From: a virus
Lineage: Duplodnaviria; Heunggongvirae; Uroviricota; Caudoviricetes
Reading direction: 5' to 3' (one strand)
Virus record (IMG/VR): IMGVR_UViG_3300032167_000010
DNA length: 64,000 nt
Shown in pieces: positions 37,485-46,353 of the stretch (its first letter is position 1; every line of letters begins with the position of its first letter). The position numbers and the translations under genes were made by a program. Below the pieces are notes generated by a model. That model saw only the letters and a list, made by a program, of their open reading frames with translations, was not told the origin of the DNA and ran no database searches.

Positions 37485-37570
37485 ATAGTAAATATAGGTT
37501 CGAGCCCTGTATTGGGGAGCCTTAAGTGGAACAACTCCCCGATTAGTTTAATTGGACTAAAACTTACTAT
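37485..37570 (+). ncRNA. Second circularly permuted tRNA-like RNA, open at the anticodon end
   Basis: ATAGTAA/TTACTAT closing stem, T arm, ATTGGGGAG/CTCCCCGAT stem, D arm. Confidence 0.75.
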
Positions 37571-38012
37571 GCACGAAACCGCGGGAAGTGTGGTAACCGG
37601 CGGTCTAAAAATGAAGGATCACCAAACCTTATACATGACAACGCTGAAATCGCCTCTATGATGTATAAGTGAGTCCAATAGCCTTGACAGTAAGACTGGG
37701 GTTGAATGTTACCTTACATATTACGATATGGTAAGATACTAAAAGCTGTCTGAAATACCTCTGGCAAGAGATTTAGTAGTGACTCTATAACATAAACTAC
37801 TTGGTAGCGTATGTGCGGAAGGCAAGGCAGTGTTTTTACATTGTTCCTTGGATACTATAAGAAATTATAGTAGTACAGGCTATGTTGAATAGTCTTAAAT
37901 AAAAACCCGTGAATGTCAGTAAATGTCCCGAAAGTATCAACAGAGAAGCTGACTAATCTCGTTCTAGGTGTAGGATAGGGACGAGCAGGTTTACGGGGCT
38001 CCTGCTCAATAT

Positions 38013-38087
38013 GGGGAATGTAGTGTAAAGGTAGCACCTCAGTTTGTGGCACTGATAGTTAGAGTTCGATCCTCTACGTTCCCACCA
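38013..38087 (+). tRNA. trnH: tRNA-His(GTG) with encoded G-1 and A73
   Basis: TCAGT-TTGTGGC-ACTGA; 3' end CGTTCCC-A-CCA. Confidence 0.9.
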
Positions 38088-38104
38088 GTTAAGTTATATT
38101 ATAT

Positions 38105-38190
38105 GGGTAGGTAGCGAAGAGGTTAAACGCTGCGGGCTGTAAACCCGCCCCTGTTTAGGTTCGCTGGTTCGAATCCAGCCCTGCCCACCA
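38105..38190 (+). tRNA. trnY: tRNA-Tyr(GTA)
   Basis: GCGGG-CTGTAAA-CCCGC, ACCA. Confidence 0.93.
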
Positions 38191-38387
38191 ATACGACTAG
38201 ACTCATAAGTCGTTCAATAGAGTACAAAGCCTTGGTTGCGGGAGTCGCAATTACACAAGGATGCAGAGACTCGCCCTTATAAAGGGAATTAAATAAATTG
38301 AGTATGGGCATGATTAGGGACTTTCCACCCATGAAGATAAAGCGGAAAGGATAACGTTATGACGCCTGGGAATAGACCAGGATGCAT

Positions 38388-38464
38388 ACGCTCTTAGCTC
38401 AATTGGATAGAGCTTTGCGCTACGGACGCAACGGTTAGGGGTTCGAGTCCCTTAGAGCGTGCCA
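38388..38464 (+). tRNA. trnR: tRNA-Arg(ACG)
   Basis: TTGCG-CTACGGA-CGCAA, GCCA. Confidence 0.93.
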
Positions 38465-38672
38465 AGCCTTCTTACAGAGATAACCATCACGTTGGCACTG
38501 CTGAAGAATAAAACCAGGAGATTTTGGCGCTCCTGTTTGGATGTTGAAACTTCCTATTGTTAATCTGTTTGAGACTCAAAACAGAGCGTTTACTCTGGTA
38601 ATCGTTGGAAAACCTATGAGGTAGTATAACTGACTCAGTGTTATATGACTGCAGGGAATAGTTCTGCACTAT

Positions 38673-38750
38673 CGATGTGTAGTTCAGTTGGTTTAGAGCA
38701 CCTGTCTGATACACAGGAAGTCGGTGGTTCGAACCCACCCACATCGACCA
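38673..38750 (+). tRNA. trnI: tRNA-Ile(GAT)
   Basis: CCTGT-CTGATAC-ACAGG, ACCA. Confidence 0.88.
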
Positions 38751-38762
38751 AAAATTTAATAT

Positions 38763-38838
38763 CTGGGTGTGGCGCAGTTGGTAGCGCGCTTGAATGGGGT
38801 TCAAGAGGTCGGGAGTTCAAGTCTCTTCACTCAGACCA
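38763..38838 (+). tRNA. trnP: tRNA-Pro(GGG)
   Basis: CTTGA-ATGGGGT-TCAAG, ACCA. Confidence 0.9.
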
Positions 38839-38937
38839 TAAAAATATTATACTTTATTAAATTTGTTTTTAAATTATATGCTAAATTAATAGTACCCTGA
38901 TTAAAAATTAAATAATTTATTGTATAATATAATATCT

Positions 38938-39031
38938 GGAGGGGTACTCAAGTTGGTGAAGAGGACGCACTGCTAACGCGTTAGGGCGGTGATGAGCCGT
39001 CGCGAGAGTTCGAGTCTCTCCCCCTCCGCCA
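38938..39031 (+). tRNA. trnS: tRNA-Ser(GCT)
   Basis: ACGCA-CTGCTAA-CGCGT, long variable arm, GCCA. Confidence 0.92.
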
Positions 39032-39066
39032 ATTACTATATATTAAAATTTATTTTGGGGCTATTA

Positions 39067-39378
39067 ATGTATACTATAATTTATAAAGGTAAGTCAATCT
39101 CTTACAACGAAAATAATATTCATATAAAAAATTCATATAAAGTTAAAAATAGCGCCGAAATGGAAGAAGCTTTAAGATATGTTGTAGCCAGAGCTGCTAA
39201 ACGCGGAATTACCTATAAACGCAGTATGGCTAGTTGGATTAGAGAATGGAAAACACATAATTTTTTATGTGGTATGAAATACAAAGTAGCTCAAACTTCT
39301 TCAGTAGACCTTAATGAGAATGAGAGTTTATTTAGACGTTTAAGTTATTTTATATTAGCTCTATTTTATAGAGGCTAA
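39067..39378 (+). CDS. Hypothetical protein (start moved to the ATG downstream of tRNA-Ser)
   Basis: MYTIIYKG..., 103 aa; the longer ORF call overlaps the tRNA. Confidence 0.6.
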   Translation: MYTIIYKGKSISYNENNIHIKNSYKVKNSAEMEEALRYVVARAAKRGITYKRSMASWIREWKTHNFLCGMKYKVAQTSSVDLNENESLFRRLSYFILALFYRG

Positions 39379-39385
39379 ACCTTAC

Positions 39386-39462
39386 GGGCCCATATATCAG
39401 CTGGCTAGATGGTTTCCCTTGCAAGGAAAAGGTCGTCGGTTCGAATCCGACTGGGTCCACCA
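39386..39462 (+). tRNA. trnA: tRNA-Ala(TGC)
   Basis: G3:U70 pair, TTTCC-CTTGCAA-GGAAA, ACCA. Confidence 0.93.
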
Positions 39463-39587
39463 CTAGTAGATAAGTAACAAATATCAGCACTACAACAAGC
39501 CTACGTAGGTTAGTATAGCGTATTAATCTATGTATGAAATTAAATGCTAGATGTGTAGCGAGTGCAAGACTTTATTGTACGTTTTAT

Positions 39588-39670
39588 GGGGGTGTGGTGA
39601 AATTGGCAGACACGCCAGACTTAGGATCTGGTGCGTAAGCGTGCAGGTTCAACTCCTGTCACCCCCACCA
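39588..39670 (+). tRNA. trnL: tRNA-Leu(TAG)
   Basis: CCAGA-CTTAGGA-TCTGG, ACCA. Confidence 0.93.
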
Positions 39671-39679
39671 AAATAATAT

Positions 39680-39754
39680 GGTCCTTTAGTATATCGGTTA
39701 GTATAGCGGACTGTCACTTCGCAGAGAGGAGTTCAACTCTCCTAAGGACCGCCA
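39680..39754 (+). tRNA. trnD: tRNA-Asp(GTC)
   Basis: GCGGA-CTGTCAC-TTCGC, GCCA. Confidence 0.92.
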
Positions 39755-39918
39755 ATAAACACAATATAACGAAGAATATTGAGGTTAATGTATTCTAAGG
39801 TAACTGATAGGGGTAACCCACCAAAGAGCTAATAGGATTTTTCTAATGCTGAAGTTACATAGGTATTAGACTTTGTTGACCTAACTCTACCTAAGGTCAT
39901 TAGTATTGTGTTATATTT

Positions 39919-39993
39919 TGGGGAGTCGCCAAGCGGTAAGGCCCTGGATTCTGACTCCAGTACTCGTAGGTTCGAATCCTGCTTCCCCAGCCA
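39919..39993 (+). tRNA. trnQ: tRNA-Gln(CTG)
   Basis: CTGGA-TTCTGAC-TCCAG, GCCA. Confidence 0.93.
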
Positions 39994-40054
39994 TAGTATG
40001 AGGTTTCGTGGGAAGTGCCCCGAGTAAAACTAGCAACAAATTACCTCACTTTAT

Positions 40055-40131
40055 GCCCAGTTGGAGAAGAGGCTTAACTCACCACCCTTTCACGGTGGCA
40101 TTCGCGTGTTCGAATCACGTACTGGGTACCA
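40055..40131 (+). tRNA. trnE: tRNA-Glu(TTC)
   Basis: CCACC-CTTTCAC-GGTGG, ACCA. Confidence 0.92.
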
Positions 40132-40208
40132 GGAAGTTGTTGGTTGTATAATACTTTAAACCTTCACGGCTTGACCTACGCCGTACAGTAAGTAGGTTAT
40201 AAACAGAT

Positions 40209-40283
40209 TGGTAGGTAGCCTAGCGGATAGGCAGCAGACTGTTAATCTGCCTTAGGTGGGTTCAACTCCCTCCCTACCAGCCA
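40209..40283 (+). tRNA. trnN: tRNA-Asn(GTT)
   Basis: GCAGA-CTGTTAA-TCTGC, GCCA. Confidence 0.9.
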
Positions 40284-40344
40284 CTAAATTAAAACTTATA
40301 TCTCTAAGACAATAAAATATTTTATATAAAGGAGATTGTGTATT

Positions 40345-40566
40345 ATGTTAAAACACAAATATCTATTCTTAGAGATCAGTGCAAATGATGATCAAGTATT
40401 GTCAAAAAGAATCCTTAAATCAAGAGAATCAGGTATGAGATTAATGGAAAAAGAACTAACTAGTCTTGATGCTGAAGTAAGAGAGTTGATTTATAGAGAT
40501 GCTAGAAAACACTTGCAAGAATTTATTTGCACTAATGGATTAGTATTCATTATAAATAGGATCTAA
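40345..40566 (+). CDS. Hypothetical protein
   Basis: AAGGAG RBS before the ATG at 40345; 73 aa. Confidence 0.55.
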   Translation: MLKHKYLFLEISANDDQVLSKRILKSRESGMRLMEKELTSLDAEVRELIYRDARKHLQEFICTNGLVFIINRI

Positions 40567-40580
40567 TCCAATCTCTATAT

Positions 40581-40642
40581 TATCAGTTAGTGTACGGAGC
40601 ACTCCAATGGCAGAGTAAGTTCAATTCTTACAATGATAACCA
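40581..40642 (+). ncRNA. Free-standing anticodon-arm-less mini-tRNA
   Basis: TATCAGT/AATGATA-ACCA, D arm GTGT-ACGGA-GCAC, T arm GTAAG-TTCAATT-CTTAC. Confidence 0.7.
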
Positions 40643-40771
40643 AGCGCTTATTTGAGATAGTCACTAGGACAATAAGAACTGTTGCATAAAGACTATTATG
40701 GTGAACAGTGGTGTAAGCTAAGACAGAGACTTACATAGGTGAGTACCAGATAATCAAATCTCACCTTACCT

Positions 40772-40846
40772 GGCCTCATGGTCAAGCGGTTAAGACGCCG
40801 CCCTCTCACGGCGGAATCAGGAGTTCGATTCTCCTTGGGGCTACCA
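40772..40846 (+). tRNA. trnE: tRNA-Glu(CTC)
   Basis: CCGCC-CTCTCAC-GGCGG, ACCA. Confidence 0.92.
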
Positions 40847-40878
40847 TAAAAACAGTAAATAATTTAAATATATAAATT

Positions 40879-40935
40879 AGAGCCTGAACTTATTTCTGAG
40901 GATAAAAATAAATATGGATTTAACTTAGTCAGGCC
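40879..40935 (+). ncRNA. Bulged-helix ncRNA family, copy 3 (57 nt)
   Basis: AGAGCCTG-A-ACT-TATTTCT ... AGT-CAGGCC. Confidence 0.7.
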
Positions 40936-40951
40936 ATTATAAAAATAACTT

Positions 40952-41027
40952 AGAGCTCATACTTATTTCTATTGAAGATACATATACTCCTGGACGTATG
41001 TGCCAGGCACTAAAGATTAGTTGAGCC
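40952..41027 (+). ncRNA. Bulged-helix ncRNA family, copy 4 (76 nt)
   Basis: AGAGCTCA-T-ACT-TATTTCT ... AGT-TGAGCC. Confidence 0.7.
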
Positions 41028-41047
41028 TGTTATTTTTAATTCAATAT

Positions 41048-41123
41048 TGCAGAGTAGAGAAGTGGTCATCTCGCCGTCCTCATAAGTCGGAAATCATTGG
41101 TTCGAATCCAATCTTTGCACCCA
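41048..41123 (+). tRNA. trnM: tRNA-Met(CAT), initiator-like D arm, subtype uncertain
   Basis: CCGTC-CTCATAA-GTCGG, T arm, CCA. Confidence 0.82.
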
Positions 41124-41127
41124 TTAT

Positions 41128-41322
41128 GCTTCAGTAGCTCAACTGGCAGAGCAGCTGACTTCGTCGATTAGTTTAATTGGGAAAACAACCGAATCCCAGG
41201 TAAAAGACAACCTTTGATAACAATTACGATCAAATTGTTTAGGTTAAGATAAACAAGTTCAAATCTTGTATCGGCGTCCAGTAATCAGCAGGTTGATGGT
41301 TCAATTCCGTTCTGAAGCTCCA
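41128..41322 (+). tRNA. trnT: tRNA-Thr(TGT) interrupted at 34/35 by a 119-nt tRNA-like RNA (41162-41280)
   Basis: Exons of 34 nt and 42 nt give 76 nt with GCTGA-CTT|GTAA-TCAGC; acceptor GCTTCAG/CTGAAGC-TCCA. Confidence 0.9.
41162..41280 (+). ncRNA. tRNA-like RNA nested in tRNA-Thr
   Basis: CGTCGAT/ATCGGCG-TCCA, D arm GTTT..AAAC, T arm ACAAG-TTCAAAT-CTTGT. Confidence 0.87.
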
Positions 41323-41324
41323 CT

Positions 41325-41366
41325 AAAAAGAAAGTTATTCATTTTTTGGGTAGCTTTCTTTTTTTA
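41325..41366 (+). terminator. Terminator closing the tRNA island
   Basis: AAAAAGAAAGTTA/TAGCTTTCTTTTT stem with T tract. Confidence 0.65.
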
Positions 41367-41410
41367 TTATTTTTATTGTATTATATAATAATAAATTTTA
41401 GGAGTATTAA

Positions 41411-41635
41411 ATGAAAAATTATAACAGTTTTATTATATTTTCAATAGTTTGCAGATTGTTAGCTATTATAGGCGTTCTTGCTTTTGTAGCTTTTATGGTA
41501 GTTTCTACAAGTAATCTTAAATGCTTGTGGTTATTATTTTTACTTTTTGCTGTTGAGTGGGTACCTGTTTATGAAGTCAAATCAAAAAACTCTGAAGATA
41601 ATTCAGAAAATAAAGGAGTTATTATAAATGATTAA
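41411..41635 (+). CDS. Small membrane protein
   Basis: Two hydrophobic segments; AGGAG RBS. Confidence 0.65.
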   Translation: MKNYNSFIIFSIVCRLLAIIGVLAFVAFMVVSTSNLKCLWLLFLLFAVEWVPVYEVKSKNSEDNSENKGVIIND

Positions 41636-42224
41636 TGTTAAAAGATTAAGATGTTTTATTGGCTGGTTAGCAATGTTGCTTCCTTGGATTGTGGTTATCT
41701 TATCACTAGCTTTTGGTTATAGTTTTCCTGAATCTATTTCAGCTACCTATTACCGTGATGAGTGTATTGTGCCATTTATGATTATTTTGGGATCGGCTTC
41801 AATTTTACTTATGTATTATGATGGCTATGATAAAACTGATGATATCTTGAATACTGCTGCTGGTGTCTTAGGTTTATGTATTTGTTTTTTCCCATGTGAT
41901 GCTGGTGGTACTTTTAGACTCAGTACAGAACTTAATAGCACTTTACATATGATTTCTGCAGTATTATTTTTTATTATATTATCTTATATATCCATTTTCC
42001 AATTTACAAAAACATCTGGAAATATGACAAAACAGAAAAAGACACGTAATATTATCTACAGAGTCTGCGGTTGTGGTATGGTAGCATCATTTTTAATTTT
42101 ATTAATTCCAGGATTTTCGATTAAAATCTGGTTAACAGAAGCTATCGCTTTACTTTTCTTCGGAATATCGTGGTTAACTAAGTCTGATGTTTATAAGTGG
42201 TTAGCAGCTGACTCGAAGGAGTAA
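41628..42224 (+). CDS. Multi-pass membrane protein (DUF998-like)
   Basis: About 6 hydrophobic helices; SISATYY and LHMISAVLFF motifs. Confidence 0.65.
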   Translation: MINVKRLRCFIGWLAMLLPWIVVILSLAFGYSFPESISATYYRDECIVPFMIILGSASILLMYYDGYDKTDDILNTAAGVLGLCICFFPCDAGGTFRLSTELNSTLHMISAVLFFIILSYISIFQFTKTSGNMTKQKKTRNIIYRVCGCGMVASFLILLIPGFSIKIWLTEAIALLFFGISWLTKSDVYKWLAADSKE

Positions 42225-42229
42225 TACAT

Positions 42230-42829
42230 ATGATTAAAGTTATTAAACATGGACAAACAGAATTCACTCATACTTGTAGTCGCTGCGGCTGTGAGTTTAC
42301 ATATGAATATGAAGATATAAAGCAAGATAGCTTTAATTTAACGGCGTCTTCTGCTAGATTTGTAATATGCCCTGACTGTGGAAATCAGTGCTATATAAAC
42401 ATTGGTAATATTGGTTGGCCTTGGCCTAATAGCTCACCAATTCCTTGTAATACTCCCTCTGACACAGCGCTAAACCCTTGTAGTGATTGTGATTGGTGGA
42501 AGAGAATGACAACCGATGGAATTAACTGGTATGTTGGCGATACTCCCTGCACCTGGTGTGCTAAAAATCCTATGAAAGTGACTTGTGATACTACCACTAC
42601 GGCCACAATTAGTATTAATGATAACAGCAGCACTATTGGTACTCTACAACTTACACCTGAGGATTTAAAAAAGTATAATATGAATATCTACGGATACCGA
42701 CCAACTTCTGGTGAAGAGTGTCCGCCACCACCTCCTAAGTCTGGTTCTAATGTTGTAAAGAGCGGCTGTAATTCATGTCATAAAGAAACAAAGCGTGGTG
42801 GTAATAAAAACTGTAATTGTACAGAATAA
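42230..42829 (+). CDS. Cys-rich Zn-ribbon protein
   Basis: CSRCGCEF, CPDCG, CSDC, CTWC. Confidence 0.65.
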   Translation: MIKVIKHGQTEFTHTCSRCGCEFTYEYEDIKQDSFNLTASSARFVICPDCGNQCYINIGNIGWPWPNSSPIPCNTPSDTALNPCSDCDWWKRMTTDGINWYVGDTPCTWCAKNPMKVTCDTTTTATISINDNSSTIGTLQLTPEDLKKYNMNIYGYRPTSGEECPPPPPKSGSNVVKSGCNSCHKETKRGGNKNCNCTE

Positions 42830-42918
42830 AACTCAATCTGAGCCAAATTTGGGCTTCTAATGACGTTTAAATTTGTAACAAAAATTATATAATATTTGTT
42901 ACAAAAATAGGAGATTCT

Positions 42919-43377
42919 ATGAAAGAAACTAGACCACCTTTTAGCTGGAAAGTATTATTATTTGATATAAACAGTAAAAAATTAGAAGAATATGATGTTT
43001 TAAAATATCGTGAGAAGCTAGTTAAAGAGCTAAAAAAGAAATATAATACTAAAGAAGAATTTGCGGATAAATTAAATAGAGACTTAATGTATCAGTACTG
43101 GTCTAAGTGCCAATACGAAATGATTCTTTATATAGAAAATGGAAGAGTTTTTGCAAAGCCTTGGGTAGGGGTTAGAGACCTAGAGAATTATGCAGTGGAT
43201 ATTACAGATAGAACTGACTTGAATTGGCCAGCTTTTGCAGAAAAAATGATAAAAGAATATGGCTGGCGAGATGGTACTGTTAAAATAGATGTTTATGACC
43301 AGCTTAAGTTTAATTTTGATGAGCTAGTAGATTTTTGTTGGAATTATAGACACAAGTATCAAAGAACTAAAAAATAA
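42919..43377 (+). CDS. Hypothetical phage protein
   Basis: 152 aa, AGGAG RBS. Confidence 0.7.
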   Translation: MKETRPPFSWKVLLFDINSKKLEEYDVLKYREKLVKELKKKYNTKEEFADKLNRDLMYQYWSKCQYEMILYIENGRVFAKPWVGVRDLENYAVDITDRTDLNWPAFAEKMIKEYGWRDGTVKIDVYDQLKFNFDELVDFCWNYRHKYQRTKK

Positions 43378-43383
43378 TTAATT

Positions 43384-43419
43384 AAAAGAGCTGGTAAATT
43401 TTATCAGTTCTTTTATTTT
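43384..43419 (+). terminator. Intrinsic terminator
   Basis: AAAAGAGCTGGT/ATCAGTTCTTTT stem. Confidence 0.6.
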
Positions 43420-43587
43420 GTCTAGCTTTGTACTGTATAATATTATATAATTTGGAGGACCTAAGCTACGAGTAAAATAAAACGGCATGTAGTTCAAGCA
43501 GCTGTGAATAAGCTTGACGCAAAACTTCAAGAAGAAATAACCTGCGAGCACTGTGAAAAATGGCGAACGTTGGGATAGTGAGGATAA

Positions 43588-44130
43588 ATGATTATGGCAA
43601 AAATTTATAGAACAATTAATAAAGAAACTTTTGTACCTGAGAAAAACTATTTTAAGGTAGAAAAGGTAGAAGTGTGCAGAGATGAAACACCTGAAGAAGT
43701 TTTATATGAAAAGAAATCTAATACATACGCTTCATCCGCGTGGTTAATCGGATGCGTCGGTGGAGCAATAATTTTTGTGGCTTCGATAATTTTAGGAAGT
43801 TTTGGCTTGTTATTACCGTGTTTTGGATTAGTACTGCTACTCATTCCGCTGTTTATAATAGTTAAAAAATTATTTGACACCTCTGATAGTTATGAAGAAA
43901 AGCTTAATAAATTTTATAATGAATTTGGGGCAAAGCTTTGGGATGAGGCTACGGCTGAGCTTTATGAATATAATAAACAGCAGTATAAAATAGCCGAAGA
44001 ATGGCGAGCACAACATCCATTTGAAGAGAAAATTAGAGCAGTACTCGCTGACCCGAAATCAAGTGTGGATGTTGCAGAAATGGCATATTTCTTTGCTGAA
44101 AAATATTTAAAAGAAAAAGTAGGAGATTAA
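43588..44130 (+). CDS. Membrane-anchored hypothetical protein
   Basis: Two central hydrophobic helices. Confidence 0.65.
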   Translation: MIMAKIYRTINKETFVPEKNYFKVEKVEVCRDETPEEVLYEKKSNTYASSAWLIGCVGGAIIFVASIILGSFGLLLPCFGLVLLLIPLFIIVKKLFDTSDSYEEKLNKFYNEFGAKLWDEATAELYEYNKQQYKIAEEWRAQHPFEEKIRAVLADPKSSVDVAEMAYFFAEKYLKEKVGD

Positions 44131-44132
44131 TT

Positions 44133-44594
44133 ATGGCAAGTGTAATAGATAAGTATTCAATAGATCCAGAAACCGGGGTGATGAAAGATTTTATAATTGA
44201 AGACGTTAACGAAATTCCTGGAGCACTTGAAACTATTTGTAATATGTATCCGTATACTTATGAAGGTAAAAAGCCAGAAGGTTTTGTTTTTGATGAAGAT
44301 AAATCCGTAAAATGGAACAGAGAACAAGTAGAAATTTATAATAAAAAGCTCGACGAAGACCGTGAAAAACACAGAAAGCTTAGATATATTAGCAAAGTAA
44401 ATTTAGACAAAGCCGTTATAGATTACATTCTTAAATATGAAACTTCTACAAAAATGTCAAGGGCTATAGCTAACGGATTACTAGCTAAGATTAAGCTAGA
44501 ACACGATGACTGTTGGTGGCACTGGATTAGTTCTTATGTAGAATTTGCAGACTTTATTATTGATACTTTAAAGGAGGAAGATAAAAATGCTTAA
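44133..44594 (+). CDS. Hypothetical protein
   Basis: 153 aa, AGGAG RBS. Confidence 0.65.
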   Translation: MASVIDKYSIDPETGVMKDFIIEDVNEIPGALETICNMYPYTYEGKKPEGFVFDEDKSVKWNREQVEIYNKKLDEDREKHRKLRYISKVNLDKAVIDYILKYETSTKMSRAIANGLLAKIKLEHDDCWWHWISSYVEFADFIIDTLKEEDKNA

Positions 44595-44874
44595 TACTTG
44601 CGATATCTGTGGAAAAACTGCAGAGTGCGAAAGTGTTTGTAGTTGTTTTGGCGCATTTTCATACGCGATTTGTGAAGAGTGTCTTACGGCGGGTAAAGAA
44701 CCCTACAGCAGTATAGTAAGTTATATTGCAAACGCAGGACACTTCCCAAAAGATATTAGTTCTGAATATAGAGCTATAGTAAGAGAACAACTTAAACTAC
44801 ACAATAAGACTGAAGAAGAATTTATAACAGATGTAGAAAATTGTATTAATAATATGTATGCTTTTTTCTACTAA
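44587..44874 (+). CDS. Small Zn-finger-like protein
   Basis: CDICG and CEEC motifs. Confidence 0.65.
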   Translation: MLNTCDICGKTAECESVCSCFGAFSYAICEECLTAGKEPYSSIVSYIANAGHFPKDISSEYRAIVREQLKLHNKTEEEFITDVENCINNMYAFFY

Positions 44875-44919
44875 ATATTGTATTATATAATATAAAAATA
44901 ATTATTGAGGTTAAATAAT

Positions 44920-46341
44920 ATGAGTTATTATGCTATTGTAACTGCTTTAAAAAACGTGCGTAAGCACCCTAATGCAGACAGACTTCAACTTGCCTCAGTA
45001 TTTGGTAATACTATTTGTGTTGACTTAACTTATACTGATGGCCAACTTGGTGTATATTTTCCAACAGGTGGACAGCTTTCAGTAGCTTTTGCTGAGGCAA
45101 ATAACTTGCTTCGTAAAAAAGATGCCGAAGGAAATAATATCGGTGGATATATGGACCCAGATAAAAGAAATGTAGCGGCTATTAAACTAAGAGGTGAGAA
45201 GTCTGATGGGCTTTTCCTTCCTTTGAATAGTCTCGAAACTTTTGGTGATATTTCTACTTTGAAGGCTGGCGACCGAATCGACGTGTTTAATGGTACAGAG
45301 ATTTGCACCAAGTACATACCTAAAATTAATATTAGACGTGGCAGTTTTTCTGAAGGAAATCGTACTAGAAAAACTAAGGCGCCTATTGCTCCTTTATTTG
45401 CAGAACACGCAGACACTGAACAGCTTGCCTATAACTTGGGTATGTTTAAGGTCGGTGATGAATTAGAGTTTACTCTAAAAATGCACGGGACTTCTCAACG
45501 TACCGGTCATCTTAAAGTTTTGACTGGTTATAAGAGAACTTTTTTTGATAAGCTTTTTAAAAGACCTGGCACACCTATTTATGATTGGGGCTATGTTTCT
45601 GGTACCCGTCGTGTAGTTCTTGATACTTTTGATGGTGGTTTCTACGGCTCAAATGAATTCAGAGAACAACATCATAATGCTTTTGTTGGAAAGCTTTGGA
45701 AGGGTGAAACTGTTTATTACGAAGTAGTTGGTTTTACTCATACTGGTGCGCCTATTATGGGTAATGGTAATAACGAAAAACTTGGTAAAGACTTTGTAAA
45801 GCAGTATGGTAAAGAAACTGTATTTAGCTACGGCTGTAATCCAACTGGTGAGTGCATTATGTGTGGTGAAGATGAACTTAGCGCTTTTAAAGTTCCAGTT
45901 GATGTTCCAATATCAGATACTTATGTTTACCGTATGACAATGACTAATGAAGATGGTGAAATTGTTGAGTATACGCCAGACTTTATAAGGTATCGTTGTG
46001 AACAAATGGGCGTTAAATGTGTTCCTGTTTTCGGTAAAGCTACAATTAGTGAAGATAGACTACATTTTGTAACACAAGACGGTTATGACCATGACTATTT
46101 AATTGGTGACGGTACTATTGGTGATATGGTAGTAAAGTGTGCTGAAGACTTTTATGCTGGACCTGACCCTGTGGGTAAGACACACACTAGAGAAGGTGTT
46201 GTTGTTCGTATTACTAATAGACCTAAATTCGCAGCAGTAAAACATAAAAACTTTGAATTTAAGGTCTTAGAAGGTATCATTTCTGAAAAGCTTACAGAAT
46301 CAACCACAGAAATAGCAGAAGATGTTCTTGCGGAAATGTAA
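44920..46341 (+). CDS. ATP-dependent RNA ligase (DRB0094/Rnl2-like) with N-terminal OB-fold tRNA-binding-like domain
   Basis: N-terminal HPNADRL..IKLRGEKSDG; nucleotidyltransferase motifs TLKMHGTS, YYEVVG, REGVVVR, KHKNFEF. Confidence 0.85.
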   Translation: MSYYAIVTALKNVRKHPNADRLQLASVFGNTICVDLTYTDGQLGVYFPTGGQLSVAFAEANNLLRKKDAEGNNIGGYMDPDKRNVAAIKLRGEKSDGLFLPLNSLETFGDISTLKAGDRIDVFNGTEICTKYIPKINIRRGSFSEGNRTRKTKAPIAPLFAEHADTEQLAYNLGMFKVGDELEFTLKMHGTSQRTGHLKVLTGYKRTFFDKLFKRPGTPIYDWGYVSGTRRVVLDTFDGGFYGSNEFREQHHNAFVGKLWKGETVYYEVVGFTHTGAPIMGNGNNEKLGKDFVKQYGKETVFSYGCNPTGECIMCGEDELSAFKVPVDVPISDTYVYRMTMTNEDGEIVEYTPDFIRYRCEQMGVKCVPVFGKATISEDRLHFVTQDGYDHDYLIGDGTIGDMVVKCAEDFYAGPDPVGKTHTREGVVVRITNRPKFAAVKHKNFEFKVLEGIISEKLTESTTEIAEDVLAEM

Positions 46342-46353
46342 TAAGAGGTTTAT

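Noticed and set aside
43468-43578. 36-codon ORF with GGAGG RBS but an ACG start (CEHC motif)
   Set aside because: No canonical start codon; it may be a mutated or non-canonical gene but cannot be supported from this sequence alone.
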